DNA from: an uncultured Candidatus Binatia bacterium
Lineage (GTDB): Bacteria > Desulfobacterota > Binatia > UBA9968 > JAJDTQ01
Direction: 5' to 3'
Assembly (NCBI GenBank): GCA_965213675.1
Contig: OZ243916.1
Coordinates: 448,001 to 512,000 of the forward strand
DNA length: 64,000 nt
Part shown: piece by piece, positions 9,808 to 19,688 of the stretch
Numbering within the stretch: the stretch's first letter is position 1
Layout of the letters: each line of letters begins with the position of its first letter
Program-made: the position numbers and the translations under genes
Notes under the pieces: generated by a model
The model's database searches: none
What the model saw: the letters and a program-made list of their open reading frames with translations, nothing else
What the model was told of the DNA's origin: nothing

Positions 9808-10887
9808 ATGGCGGCATTCAACGGGATGCTAAGTCTTCAGTTCGTCATTCACCTGGCCAACCGGTACTCGGTGAACCAGCTCGTGGAACTGGCCGGGTTG
9901 GCGCACCAGCGCGGCTTCGAGCGCATCTGGGTCAACGACAACGCGCGTTATCGGAGTCAGGTGGTGGTGCTGTCCGCCATTGCGGCGCGTGTTCCGGTGG
10001 GCATCGGCACCGCCATCCTGGTGCCGTACCTGCACCATCCCATCGAGGTCGTGGATTCGCTGGCGGCATTGTCGGAGTTGACGGAGGGTCGCGAGATCGG
10101 CTTCGGCCTGGCCCGCGGCGACCTGGCGCAGACGCCGCAGCACGTCGTCGTACGCCGGCCCATCGCGCTGGTGCGCGAGTTGGCCGTGTTTACGCGCCGC
10201 GCGCTCGACGGCGGGCGGGTTCCCTACGGCGATTTCCCGGTGCTGTGCGACTACTTCAACCTGAATTCGTCCGGCAGTTTCCAGTTGGCGTTCGCGCCGA
10301 GGTCTCCGGTGGTGATGTACTCCGGCGGCAACGGGCCGCAGTCGCTGCGCATGGGCGGCCAGGTCATGGACGGACTCATCAGTTCCGGAACCTTCATTCC
10401 CATGCTGCGGGCGGGCCGGTTGAAGGAGATGCACGAGTTGATCGAGGCCGGCGCCCGCGAGGTCGATCCCCACAAGAAGCTGCGCAAGATGGTGGAACTC
10501 AATGTGTCGGTCTCGCGCGACCGCGCCGCCGCCATCGAGTTTCCCAAACGGCAGGTGTCTCATTCGATCCTGCAATGGGAAGCGCTCCGGCTCACCGACG
10601 AGGAATACCGCCGGCTGGGGGTGGAACGCCGGCAGGTGCTCGAACTCAAGGAAGCGTTCGCGCGCGGCGCCACCGTGGAGGAGGCCGCGGCGCTGGTCAC
10701 CGAGGCGATGGTTCTGAACTACTACGTGGCGGGCCGGCCGGACGAGGTGGCCGACCAGATTGTCGATCTCGCCGGACAGGCCCAGGAGTTGGGCTACGAC
10801 GAGATCGCCTTCGCCAAGCTGGGTCCCGACTACGAGGAAGCCATCGAAATGCTGGCGCAGAGCGTGATGCCGCGGCTGCGGCGGTAA
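9808..10887 (+). CDS. LLM-class flavin/F420-dependent oxidoreductase (paralog B)
   Basis: Same length (359 aa) as 8664-9743 and colinear with it; purine-rich RBS before the ATG at 9808. Confidence 0.88.
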   Translation: MAAFNGMLSLQFVIHLANRYSVNQLVELAGLAHQRGFERIWVNDNARYRSQVVVLSAIAARVPVGIGTAILVPYLHHPIEVVDSLAALSELTEGREIGFGLARGDLAQTPQHVVVRRPIALVRELAVFTRRALDGGRVPYGDFPVLCDYFNLNSSGSFQLAFAPRSPVVMYSGGNGPQSLRMGGQVMDGLISSGTFIPMLRAGRLKEMHELIEAGAREVDPHKKLRKMVELNVSVSRDRAAAIEFPKRQVSHSILQWEALRLTDEEYRRLGVERRQVLELKEAFARGATVEEAAALVTEAMVLNYYVAGRPDEVADQIVDLAGQAQELGYDEIAFAKLGPDYEEAIEMLAQSVMPRLRR

Positions 10888-11085
10888 CGCTCGCCGCAGG
10901 CTGCGGCCGCGTCCAACGTACTCCCGCCGGGTCGTGGCGCGTCCACAAGCGGCGCGCCGTGCCGGGAATGTTTGCCGGCGGGGGGTTCCGTCGGCTATGG
11001 ATGGGTCTGCGTCAAGGCAAGCGCGCCGTGCGTGCGCGTTCAAGTTTCAAATACGTTCAAGTTCCAACCAAGGAGTCACGTAATC

Positions 11086-12033
11086 ATGGGAACGACACTT
11101 GTCACCGGAGTGGGCCTCGTGGGCACCTCGTTTGCGCAGTGGGCGCTGAAACGCGACGAGAAGCTGGTCTTCTACGACTTCATGCCGCGCGCCGAGTACC
11201 TGCATCGGAAGCTGGGCGCCGCGGACGTGGAAGTGGTGCAGAAGGACATCCGGGACCTGCCGGCCCTCACGGAGGCGATGCTGCGCTTCCGCCCGGAGAC
11301 CGTGGTGCACACCGCCGGGCTAATCGGCGGGCGGGTGGTGGAGTCGCTTTACAACGGCATGCAAATCAACGTGATGGGGACCATCAACGTGCTCGAAGCC
11401 GCGCGCCTCACGGGAGTGAAGCGTTTCGTGCTGATCAGCACCTTCGGGGCCTATGACCGCCGGCGTACCGGGGATCAGCCCACCCACGAGGACATGCCGC
11501 GGGGCCCGGGCGCCGGGTACGGCAACTCCAAGGCCACCAAGGAGCTGATGGCGGAGGCCTACCAGCGCCTGTACGGTTTCGAACTGCTGACCCTGCGGCT
11601 GGCCAATGCCTACGGCCTGGGACATTTCTGGGGCGGGTCCGGCGGCGGTGAGAAGGTGCAGATGCTCCTGGAGGCGGGGCTTCGCGGCGAGGTAGCGCGG
11701 ATTCCCCAAGCCCAGACCATGACCTTCGAGTACGTCTACGCCAAGGACATGGGACGCGCCGTGGACCTGGCGGCCACCGCGCCCATGCCGGAGAAGACCA
11801 CCTTCAATATCGGCTCCGGCGCGTTGACGACTTTCGACGAGCTGGTGGCGGCGGTGGAGCGGCAGTTTCCCCGGCTGGAGGTGGAAGTGATTCCCGGACG
11901 GCCGCCGGATGTGGCGGCCACCGCGCCGCTGGATATCTCCAGGGCGAAGCAATACCTGGGCTGGGAGCCGCGGTACACCATGGATGCGGCGTTCGAGGAC
12001 TACGCCGGGGATCTCCGGGCGGTCATGGAGTGA
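11086..12033 (+). CDS. NAD-dependent epimerase/dehydratase (extended SDR)
   Basis: LVTGVGLVG, HTAG, NVMGTINVLEAA, YGNSK; AGGAG RBS. Confidence 0.9.
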   Translation: MGTTLVTGVGLVGTSFAQWALKRDEKLVFYDFMPRAEYLHRKLGAADVEVVQKDIRDLPALTEAMLRFRPETVVHTAGLIGGRVVESLYNGMQINVMGTINVLEAARLTGVKRFVLISTFGAYDRRRTGDQPTHEDMPRGPGAGYGNSKATKELMAEAYQRLYGFELLTLRLANAYGLGHFWGGSGGGEKVQMLLEAGLRGEVARIPQAQTMTFEYVYAKDMGRAVDLAATAPMPEKTTFNIGSGALTTFDELVAAVERQFPRLEVEVIPGRPPDVAATAPLDISRAKQYLGWEPRYTMDAAFEDYAGDLRAVME

Positions 12034-12047
12034 GAGGCGGCGGCGCC

Positions 12048-12713
12048 ATGGAATTGCTTCACTGCGTATACGAACCCGAGGGCGAGGGGCCGCATCCGAC
12101 GATTCTGGCGCTGCACGGGCGCGGCGCCAACGCCACGGACCTCCTGGGGCTGGCGCCACATCTTTGCGGCGGGGTGTTCCGCGTCATTTGCCCGCAGGCC
12201 CCGCTGGAGGTGGCGTTGGCCCCGGGCATGACCGGGTATGCCTGGTTCCCCATGTCTTTGGGGGGTGAGATCGATACCGCGGCCTTCCTTTCCGCCCGTG
12301 ACCGGCTGCGGACGTTCCTGGATCAGTGCACCCGGCGCTACGCCGGGGACGGCGGCAAGCTGGTCCTGCTGGGCTTCAGTCAGGGCGGAGGCATGGCCTA
12401 CAGCCTGGGGTTGTCCGAACCCGACCGTTTCGCCGGCATGTGCGTGCTCAGTTCGTGGTTGCGCGAGGCGACGCTGGACGCCCTCGGCGTGTCCGACCGG
12501 GTGGATTCCCTTCCGACCCTGGTACAACACGGGACGCGCGATGAGCTGATCGAGCTGGCCCGCGCCAAACACTCCATGACCCTTCTCAAGAAGCTGCGCG
12601 TCCCGGTGGACTACCGCGAGTATGACATGGGACACGAGATCACCTCCCGCAGTCTGGCGGACCTGTCCGGGTGGCTGCAGGACAAGGTTCGGGCACAGGC
12701 CATTTCCCTTTAG
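12048..12713 (+). CDS. phospholipase/carboxylesterase (YpfH-like)
   Basis: LHGRGAN, GFSQGG, HGTRD and MGHEI motifs. Confidence 0.92.
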   Translation: MELLHCVYEPEGEGPHPTILALHGRGANATDLLGLAPHLCGGVFRVICPQAPLEVALAPGMTGYAWFPMSLGGEIDTAAFLSARDRLRTFLDQCTRRYAGDGGKLVLLGFSQGGGMAYSLGLSEPDRFAGMCVLSSWLREATLDALGVSDRVDSLPTLVQHGTRDELIELARAKHSMTLLKKLRVPVDYREYDMGHEITSRSLADLSGWLQDKVRAQAISL

Positions 12714-12735
12714 GATAACTAGGATCGATGGAAGC

Positions 12736-12781
12736 GGCGCCCTTCGACCTCGCTCCGCTGGCGTGCAGGACGAAGGGCGCC
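12736..12781. repeat. REP-like hairpin between convergent genes
   Basis: GGCGCCCTTCG...CGAAGGGCGCC, an 11-bp perfect stem. Confidence 0.55.
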
Positions 12782-12885
12782 GACCTTGCGGTAAACGACA
12801 GGATCGGCGGCACCGCCACCCCCGGCCGAAGGGTGCGCCACGGATCGCTATTCACTGACCTTTTCTGCAGCGTTGGAGGAATGCT

Positions 12886-13740
12886 TCACGCCAGGTAGAT
12901 GGTGACGACGCCGGTGATCACGAACAGGGTGGCAATGCCGGTGCGCAGGTTGACCTGCTCGATGTCGCGGGAAAAGAGCAGCGTGCCCAGCAGCACCCAG
13001 AGCGGGGCGATGCACACGATGGGTCCCACCACCACCACGCTGCCCTTGCCCAGCGCCGACACCAGCGACCAGATGCCCACGGCCTCGAACACGCCGGTGA
13101 CCAGAAACCACGGCATGGCGCGCCGGTCCGGCGCGAGTTGGGCGCGCGCCTTCGGGTTCAGCAGGTTCAGGAGCATGGGCACGAGGGCCGCGGTCCCCAT
13201 CACGGCGCTGAGCAGCAACGGCTCGTTGGCCACGGTGAGGCCGTAGCGCCGCAGCGGATGGTTGAGGCCGGCGCTGAGGGATGCCGCCATTGGGAAGACC
13301 ATCTCCCAGGTTCGGAAGCGTTGCTGCTGCGGTTTCCAGGAGATGAGACTGATGCCCGCCACCACAAGTGTCGTGCCGGATATCAGGACGGGCGTCACCG
13401 TCTCCTGGAGCAGCAGCACGGCGAGCGTGGTGCTGAACAGCGGATTGGTGGCCTGCACCGTGCTGGTGACCGACGCTCCCAGGCGCGCCACGCCGGTGTA
13501 GGCGCAGAGCCGGGTGACGAGTTGCAGCCAACCGCCGGCGGCGAAACAGGCGACGGCCACCAGAGGCAGGCTGCGCAGCCCCCCGGTCATGAAGGCCACC
13601 AGCCACAGGATGACGGTATTCACGCTCAGCGCCACATAGGCGGCGGTGACGGGCGTGGAGTGGACCAGCCCGCGCCGGGTGGTGAGGAAGCATCCCGCGT
13701 AGAAGACCGACGTGACCAGGGCGAGGAGACGGGCCGTCAT
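12886..13740 (-). CDS. DMT/EamA-family transporter
   Basis: About 10 hydrophobic segments in two repeats; TNPLFSTTLAVLLLQE and APLWVLLGTLLF. Confidence 0.88.
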   Translation of the reverse strand: MTARLLALVTSVFYAGCFLTTRRGLVHSTPVTAAYVALSVNTVILWLVAFMTGGLRSLPLVAVACFAAGGWLQLVTRLCAYTGVARLGASVTSTVQATNPLFSTTLAVLLLQETVTPVLISGTTLVVAGISLISWKPQQQRFRTWEMVFPMAASLSAGLNHPLRRYGLTVANEPLLLSAVMGTAALVPMLLNLLNPKARAQLAPDRRAMPWFLVTGVFEAVGIWSLVSALGKGSVVVVGPIVCIAPLWVLLGTLLFSRDIEQVNLRTGIATLFVITGVVTIYLA

Positions 13741-13771
13741 GGGCCGTCATCCTGACCTGCTCCCAATCTTC

Positions 13772-13801
13772 TTGACACTGAATCCCCGGGGCGGTTACGG
13801 T
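13772..13801 (+). promoter_or_regulatory. candidate sigma70 promoter for the amidohydrolase pair
   Basis: TTGACA (13772-13777), 18-nt spacer, TACGGT. Confidence 0.35.
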
Positions 13802-13861
13802 TGATGGGAAAGTGGCGCACCGGCTTGCGAGTCTAGGTGAATTCCGCCGAGGAGACAAATC

Positions 13862-14950
13862 ATGGCACGGAACGGACATCGCCTGGTGGTGGACGCGGAC
13901 GCCCACGTCCTTGAGACCGAGCGTACCTGGGACTACCTGGAAGGGTCCGACAGGAAGTTCCGACCCGCGCTGTTCGGCTCACCCGACGTGGACATGCAGT
14001 ACTGGGTCCTGGACGGCAAGATCCGCGGCGCGCGTTTCGCCACCTTGAGCGAGCAGCAACTCGAAGCGCTGTCCGAGAAGGCGGGCCGCCGGCTCACCAC
14101 CCCGCGGGCCGCTCGCGAGATGGACGATGTGGATCTGCGCCTGGCCCACCTCGACGAGTTGGGCGTGGACGTGCAGGTCATGCACAACACCATGTGGATC
14201 GAGCGGGTGACGGACCGCGCCGACGCCGAAGTCGCCTTGTGTCTGGCATGGAACCGCTGGATGGCGGATGTGTGGAAGGCGGGGCAGGGACGGCTCCGGT
14301 GGTCCTGTGTAATCCCGGCCATGGCCCTTGATGAAGCCGTGCCACAGATGCGCTTCGCCCGGGAGCACGGCGCGGTGGCGGTGTGCATGCGCCCGTTCGA
14401 AGGGGACCGTCACTTGGTGGACCCGTACTTCTATCCGGTGTTCCAGGAAGCCGCCGACCTGGACATGGCCATCGGCGTTCACATCGCCAACGCCAGCACC
14501 GGACTCGTGGGGCAACTCCGGCCGCGCTACGACAGGAGCGGCGGTTTTGCGCCGTTCCGCGTGCCCACGGTGGTCACGTGCCTTTCGCTCGTCATGAGCG
14601 AGGTGCCGCAGGTCTTCCCCAAGCTTCGCTGGGGTTTCATCGAGTCGTCGGCGCAATGGATACCGTGGATCGTCAACGAGGCCCGGCGGCGTTCCGGAAC
14701 GGCGGACTATCCGGACAATCCCCTCAAGGAATACCATGTGTACGTCACCGCCCAGTGCGATGACGACTTCCCGTTCGTCCTGAAGTATGCGGGCGAGGAC
14801 AATATCGTCATCGGCACCGACTACGGCCACACCGACGCCTCCAGCGAGGTGGACGCCATTACCCGCTTCAAGGCGGATCCGACGGTGGCGGACGCCGCGC
14901 GCTGGAAGATTCTGAGCGACAATCCGAGCGCGCTCTACGGCATCGCGTAG
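13862..14950 (+). CDS. amidohydrolase-2 family protein (paralog A)
   Basis: DADAHVLE, GVHI, FIESSAQW and IGTDYGHTD metal-site motifs. Confidence 0.9.
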   Translation: MARNGHRLVVDADAHVLETERTWDYLEGSDRKFRPALFGSPDVDMQYWVLDGKIRGARFATLSEQQLEALSEKAGRRLTTPRAAREMDDVDLRLAHLDELGVDVQVMHNTMWIERVTDRADAEVALCLAWNRWMADVWKAGQGRLRWSCVIPAMALDEAVPQMRFAREHGAVAVCMRPFEGDRHLVDPYFYPVFQEAADLDMAIGVHIANASTGLVGQLRPRYDRSGGFAPFRVPTVVTCLSLVMSEVPQVFPKLRWGFIESSAQWIPWIVNEARRRSGTADYPDNPLKEYHVYVTAQCDDDFPFVLKYAGEDNIVIGTDYGHTDASSEVDAITRFKADPTVADAARWKILSDNPSALYGIA

Positions 14951-14994
14951 CGGCGCGCTCTATCCCACAGGACCTCATACAAAGGAGAAGGAAC

Positions 14995-16083
14995 ATGTCT
15001 GGCAACGGCACGACCCTGGTGGTGGACTCGGACGCCCACGTGGTGGAGACCGAGGCCACGTGGAACTATCTGGACGCCTCCGAGAAGAAGTTTCGCCCGC
15101 AGCTTTTCGGCTCTCCGGAGGATCGGACCACGCAGTACTGGGTGCTGGACGGCAAGGTCCTGGGATTCCGCTTCCAGAGCCTGAGCGAGCAGCAGCTCGA
15201 CGAAGTGTCGGCCAAGGCCGGCAGACAGATGCAGACACCGCAGGAAGCCCGGGAACTGCGCGATGTCCAATTGCGGCTGGATCACCTGGACAAGCTCGGC
15301 ATCGACGTTCAGGTGCTTTACAACACCATGTGGATCGAGCAGGTGACCGATCGCGCCGATGCCGAGATCGCGCTGTGCGCGAGTTGGAACCGCTGGATGG
15401 CGGACGTCTGGAAGCAGGGGGGCGGGCGTCTCCGGTGGGTGTGCGTGGTTCCCGCCATGACCTTGAGCGAAGCGGTGGAGCAGATCCGCTTCGCCCGGGA
15501 GAACGGCGCGGTGGGCGTGTGCCTGCGGCCCTTCGAGGGCGAGCGCCACCTGGTGGACCCGTATTTCTACCCGATCTTCGACGAGGCGCAGCGGCTCGAC
15601 ATGATGATGGGCATCCACATCGCCATCGGCAGCCCGCGAATGGCGGCCCAGTTTCGGCCGCGCTACGACAGCGGCGGCGGCTTGCCGGTGTTCCGCATCC
15701 CGACGGTGTCCACCTGCTTCACGCTGATGATGAGCGAGGTGCCCAGGACGTTTCCGGACCTGCGCTGGGGTTTCATCGAGTCGTCCGCCCAGTGGGTGCC
15801 CTGGGTGGTCAACGAGACCATCCGCCGCTCGGGCACGGCGGCCTACCCGGACAACCCCATGAAGGCCTTCAACGTCTACGTGTCGGCCCAGACCGACGAC
15901 GACTTCCCCTACGTGCTCAAGTACGCGGGCGACGACAACATCGTCATCGGCACCGACTACGGCCATACCGACGCCTCCAGCGAGGTGGACGCGTTCACCG
16001 TATTCAAGGGCACCGGCGGCATCAGCGAAGATCAGAAGCGCAAGATCCTGAGCGACAACGCCCGGGCGCTCTACGCGGTGTAG
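14995..16083 (+). CDS. amidohydrolase-2 family protein (paralog B)
   Basis: DSDAHVVE...IGTDYGHTD; 362 aa, colinear with paralog A. Confidence 0.9.
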   Translation: MSGNGTTLVVDSDAHVVETEATWNYLDASEKKFRPQLFGSPEDRTTQYWVLDGKVLGFRFQSLSEQQLDEVSAKAGRQMQTPQEARELRDVQLRLDHLDKLGIDVQVLYNTMWIEQVTDRADAEIALCASWNRWMADVWKQGGGRLRWVCVVPAMTLSEAVEQIRFARENGAVGVCLRPFEGERHLVDPYFYPIFDEAQRLDMMMGIHIAIGSPRMAAQFRPRYDSGGGLPVFRIPTVSTCFTLMMSEVPRTFPDLRWGFIESSAQWVPWVVNETIRRSGTAAYPDNPMKAFNVYVSAQTDDDFPYVLKYAGDDNIVIGTDYGHTDASSEVDAFTVFKGTGGISEDQKRKILSDNARALYAV

Positions 16084-16102
16084 GGTTTCGGAGTGACTGG
16101 CG

Positions 16103-16140
16103 GATAGGGGCCGGGACGGCGCGTCGTCCCGGCCCCTATC
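16103..16140. terminator. strong hairpin between convergent operons (terminator or REP-like)
   Basis: GATAGGGGCCGGGACG-gcgcgt-CGTCCCGGCCCCTATC, a 16-bp perfect stem with no U-tract. Confidence 0.55.
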
Positions 16141-16710
16141 TCATCGCGCGCCCACCAGGATCGACGCCTGGTAGCAGATGCTGGTGAAGAGCGGGCTGGT
16201 GCTCAGGCCGGTCCAGACGAAGAGCTTGCCCTCGGCGAAGAAGATGTGCATGCCGCAGTCGAACGCCAGCACCACCGCGCCGAGCACGGTCGCGGTGATG
16301 GAGACCACCGCCAACCAGCTCTCTCCGGCGCTCTTCAAGTAGAGGAATGTCATCAGCCCTACGCCGAACTGGAAGCCGACGAGCCAGATGGCCACGGCGA
16401 AGGCCAGGATCCAGCCGATGATGCCCGCGGTGCGGCGCCGTTCCTCCGCCGGGTCGAGGGTTTCGCCTTCCTGCTCCAGGAGCGACGCGTTGAAGACTTC
16501 CGCTTCGCTTCCGTCCGCCGGGGCGGGCTTTTCGCCGGCCCCGATCCACTGCCGCGCAAGCTGAAGCGCCAGCAGCGCCGCGGTGGGCAGGCCGATCATC
16601 CACGCCATGAGACTGGCCTGCAACTCCCAGCGGGAGGCTTCCCACAGTCCCAAGACCATCATCAGGAGCAATGCGCCCGTGAAGGCGATGGAGTACCCGC
16701 GGAAACTCAT
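16141..16710 (-). CDS. tctB: tripartite tricarboxylate transporter small membrane subunit
   Basis: MSFRGYSIAFTG..., 4-5 transmembrane segments; ATGA overlap with the tctA stop. Confidence 0.8.
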   Translation of the reverse strand: MSFRGYSIAFTGALLLMMVLGLWEASRWELQASLMAWMIGLPTAALLALQLARQWIGAGEKPAPADGSEAEVFNASLLEQEGETLDPAEERRRTAGIIGWILAFAVAIWLVGFQFGVGLMTFLYLKSAGESWLAVVSITATVLGAVVLAFDCGMHIFFAEGKLFVWTGLSTSPLFTSICYQASILVGAR

Positions 16711-18311
16711 GGGACCGGCGCCGCCGCGGCCCGCCGGCGCCGGCGGTCGTTGATGAGCGGCCAGGCGATGCTCGCGATGATGACGCCCAGGATGATGAGC
16801 ACCCCTGGGCGCGCGAGGAAGCTGAACTCGTAGCGCGACCACGTGATCCACAGATAGTTGTCCGCCAGGCGCCCCAGCACGAGACCCAGCAGGAGTGCCG
16901 GGCGGGACCAGTCGAACACCACCATGAGCCAGCCCAGGGCGCCGAAGATCAGCGTGATGACGATGTCGCCGATGCTGTTGCTGTGGGTGTAGGAGCCCAG
17001 ATAGATGAACAGCAGCAGCGGCGGGATCAGCAGCGTTCCCTTGATGCGCGTGAGCCGGGCCAACTGGTTCAGGAACAGGAAGCACACGGACACGGTTATG
17101 ACGTTGGACACGACCAGCACCCACACCAGGGACAGGGTCACGTCCAGGTCCTTGGTCAGCATGGAAGTGCCGGGGCGCAGTCCCAGGATCAGAAAAGCGC
17201 CCAGCAGAATGGCGGTGGTGACGTTGCCGGGGATGCCGAAGGCGATGGTGGGGATGAGCGCGCCGCCGAGCGTCGAATTGTTGGCCGCGCCGGGACCCAC
17301 CACGCCCTCGATGACGCCGGTGCCCACTTGGTCCTGCTTGCCCGCGGACTGCATGGCGTGGGCGTACGCCACCCACTGGGAAACCGGTCCGCCCATGCCC
17401 GGGATGATGCCGATGTAGGTGCCCATGGCGCTGCAGCGGATCACCAGCCACCAGTGGCGCAGCGCGTCCTTCACTCCCTGGAGCACCCCGCCCAGACGCC
17501 CCACGCGGGCCTGCGCGATGCTGCCCCCCTTGGTGGCCAGGTCGATGATCTCGGGGATGGCGAAGAGCCCCACCGTGGCGGGCACGAGCCCGATGCCGGC
17601 GCCGCCGGTCTCGCCGCCGCCCCAGAGGTAGATGAAGCCGAAGGTGTAACGCTCGGTGGCGGTCTGGAGGTCGAGGCCCACCAGCGAGAAGATGAAGCCC
17701 AGCCCGCCCGCGGCCAGCCCCTTGACCACGCTGCCGCCGCTCAGCGCCCCCACGAAGGTCACGCCCGCCACCGTGAGCATGAAGAACTCCGGCGTGCCCA
17801 GCGCCAGGACCAGCGGGGTCACGATGGGGATGGCCACGGCGATGGCGCAGGCGCCCACCAGGGCGCCCATGAGCGAGCTCATGAGCGAGGCGCCGAGAGC
17901 GCGTCCCGCCTCGCCTTTCTTGGCCATGGGGTGGCCTTCCACGATGGTGGAGGCGGTGGATCCCTCGCCGGGAATGCCGAAGAGGATGGAGGTAATGTCG
18001 CCGGTGGTGGCGGTCACGGCCATCATCCCCAGCAGAAAGGAGAACGCCTCCACCGCGTCCATCTTGAGCTGGAACGCGAAACCGAGCATGAGGGCCATGG
18101 TCACCGGTCCGCCGAGACCGGGCAGCATGCCCACGGCGAAACCGATCAGGTTGCCCAGCAGCAGGTAGCCGAAGGCGGGCCAGGCGAAGACCCGGAGGAG
18201 GCCCTTCACGGAGGCCGCGCCGATCTCCGCGGCCATGCCCTGGGCCATGAAGATCCACAGCGCCAGGACAGTCAGGACGGCGAGCCCGGTGAGGCGGCGG
18301 TTGGCGGTCAC
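16707..18311 (-). CDS. tctA: tripartite tricarboxylate transporter large permease
   Basis: GMLPGLGG, SILFGIPG, GIIPGMGG, AANNS and IPTIAFGIPG motifs. Confidence 0.92.
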   Translation of the reverse strand: MTANRRLTGLAVLTVLALWIFMAQGMAAEIGAASVKGLLRVFAWPAFGYLLLGNLIGFAVGMLPGLGGPVTMALMLGFAFQLKMDAVEAFSFLLGMMAVTATTGDITSILFGIPGEGSTASTIVEGHPMAKKGEAGRALGASLMSSLMGALVGACAIAVAIPIVTPLVLALGTPEFFMLTVAGVTFVGALSGGSVVKGLAAGGLGFIFSLVGLDLQTATERYTFGFIYLWGGGETGGAGIGLVPATVGLFAIPEIIDLATKGGSIAQARVGRLGGVLQGVKDALRHWWLVIRCSAMGTYIGIIPGMGGPVSQWVAYAHAMQSAGKQDQVGTGVIEGVVGPGAANNSTLGGALIPTIAFGIPGNVTTAILLGAFLILGLRPGTSMLTKDLDVTLSLVWVLVVSNVITVSVCFLFLNQLARLTRIKGTLLIPPLLLFIYLGSYTHSNSIGDIVITLIFGALGWLMVVFDWSRPALLLGLVLGRLADNYLWITWSRYEFSFLARPGVLIILGVIIASIAWPLINDRRRRRAAAAPVP

Positions 18312-18336
18312 GCGGGTGGTTCCGGCACGTCGGCGT

Positions 18337-19416
18337 TCACGGCTTCTGCGCCATGGCCTTCAGTAGCGCGACGGCTTCAGGATCGCTCTTCTGGATCTCC
18401 ACCACCCGGTCGATGATGGCCTGGGCCTGGGGTGCGTTGAGGGAGATCAGCTCGAAACCGATGGCCTTCTTGAAGTGGGCGCGCATGGCGGGGTCTTTGA
18501 GGAAGCGGTCGAAACTCGCCGCCATGGTGTCGAAGGTGGCGTCGGGGACGCGCGGCGCGTAGACCCAGCCGCGCCGGACGCCCGCCAGGAAGGCCAGGGT
18601 CTCCATGGCGCGGTAGCGCACGTCCTTGCGGATGGACTCGCCCTTGATCTCCAGGACGATCTCGAAATAGGTGGGGATGTCCGGCAGACGCGGATCCCGG
18701 ATGATCTTGCCGTCCTGAACGGTGCCTTCCTGGGCCAGGGGAACGACGATGCCCTCCTTGATCATGGGCTCCACCGCGGTGAAGTAGGCGCTCTGGCTGT
18801 CGTTGGTCATGCCCAACTCGCCCCGGCGAATGGCCGCGCGCATGTCGCCGCTGCTGCCGTAGCCCGTCACCACCTTGTGGTCGTTGCCGAGGATTTTCAT
18901 GAGCAGCCGCGGCAGCATGGCGCGCGGGCTCTGGATCGACGTGGTGCCGAAGAATATCTTCTTCTTGAGGCCGGCCAATTCGGCGCCCTTGCGGATGCCC
19001 AACTCCTTGCTGGCGAAGGCGATGGTGGTCTCGCGCACGCCACCGAGCCAGCGCAGCTTGGCCAGCTCGAACCGGACCTTGTCGGGCTTGAAGATGGTGT
19101 CCGTGACCGACGTCGAGAACTGTCCGATGACAGTGCCGTCGGTGGGCGCGGAGTTGTAGACCCAGTTCTCGCCGACGATGCCGCCGCCGCCGGGCATGTT
19201 GCGTATGATCATCGTGGGGTTGCCCGGGATCTGTGCGCCCATGAACGGCAACATCTGGCGCGCCATGATGTCGGCGGCCCCGCCCACGCTGTAGGGGATC
19301 AGGATGGCCACCGTCTTGCCTTCGAAGGACACCTCGGCCACGGTCCGGGTGGCGCTTCCGAACAGAAGGCACAGGGCGACGGCAACGGTTGCGAGAGCTG
19401 TGGAAAGTCGTTTCAT
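18337..19416 (-). CDS. tctC: tripartite tricarboxylate transporter substrate-binding protein (Bug/TctC)
   Basis: Signal peptide; PYSVGGAADIMAR, NMPGGGG and GYGSSGD motifs. Confidence 0.88.
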   Translation of the reverse strand: MKRLSTALATVAVALCLLFGSATRTVAEVSFEGKTVAILIPYSVGGAADIMARQMLPFMGAQIPGNPTMIIRNMPGGGGIVGENWVYNSAPTDGTVIGQFSTSVTDTIFKPDKVRFELAKLRWLGGVRETTIAFASKELGIRKGAELAGLKKKIFFGTTSIQSPRAMLPRLLMKILGNDHKVVTGYGSSGDMRAAIRRGELGMTNDSQSAYFTAVEPMIKEGIVVPLAQEGTVQDGKIIRDPRLPDIPTYFEIVLEIKGESIRKDVRYRAMETLAFLAGVRRGWVYAPRVPDATFDTMAASFDRFLKDPAMRAHFKKAIGFELISLNAPQAQAIIDRVVEIQKSDPEAVALLKAMAQKP

Positions 19417-19539
19417 GGAGTGCTCCTTCCTGGGTTGATCCAAGGCCCTTGTATTGCGGGCCGGCGCTCCGTGTCAACCGCAAAGGCGTCCGGGAGTGTA
19501 CGGCATGCTCGTGAGGCAGGGCCAGGCGCCGGGCTCGGT

Positions 19540-19568
19540 TTGACAACCCACGGCCCTTCGGCTAAGAA
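19540..19568 (+). promoter_or_regulatory. candidate sigma70 promoter for ubiD-like gene
   Basis: TTGACA, 17-nt spacer, TAAGAA; a divergent TTGACA at 19477-19472 points to tctC. Confidence 0.45.
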
Positions 19569-19688
19569 CGCCGAATCTTCGTAGGCTCCAGTCGATACTG
19601 TCCTGCGCCGCGAACGACCGCACGTCCGTAGGGAGTTCGTTGGCGGCACGGCAAAGTCGTACCCAACCCATTTGCAAAGAGGTGACAC

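Noticed and set aside
16711-18258. Upstream part of the 705-aa ORF 16141-18258
   Set aside because: It is an alternative frame over tctA with Arg/Gly/Pro-rich junk. Only the part from ATG 16710 (tctB) is real.
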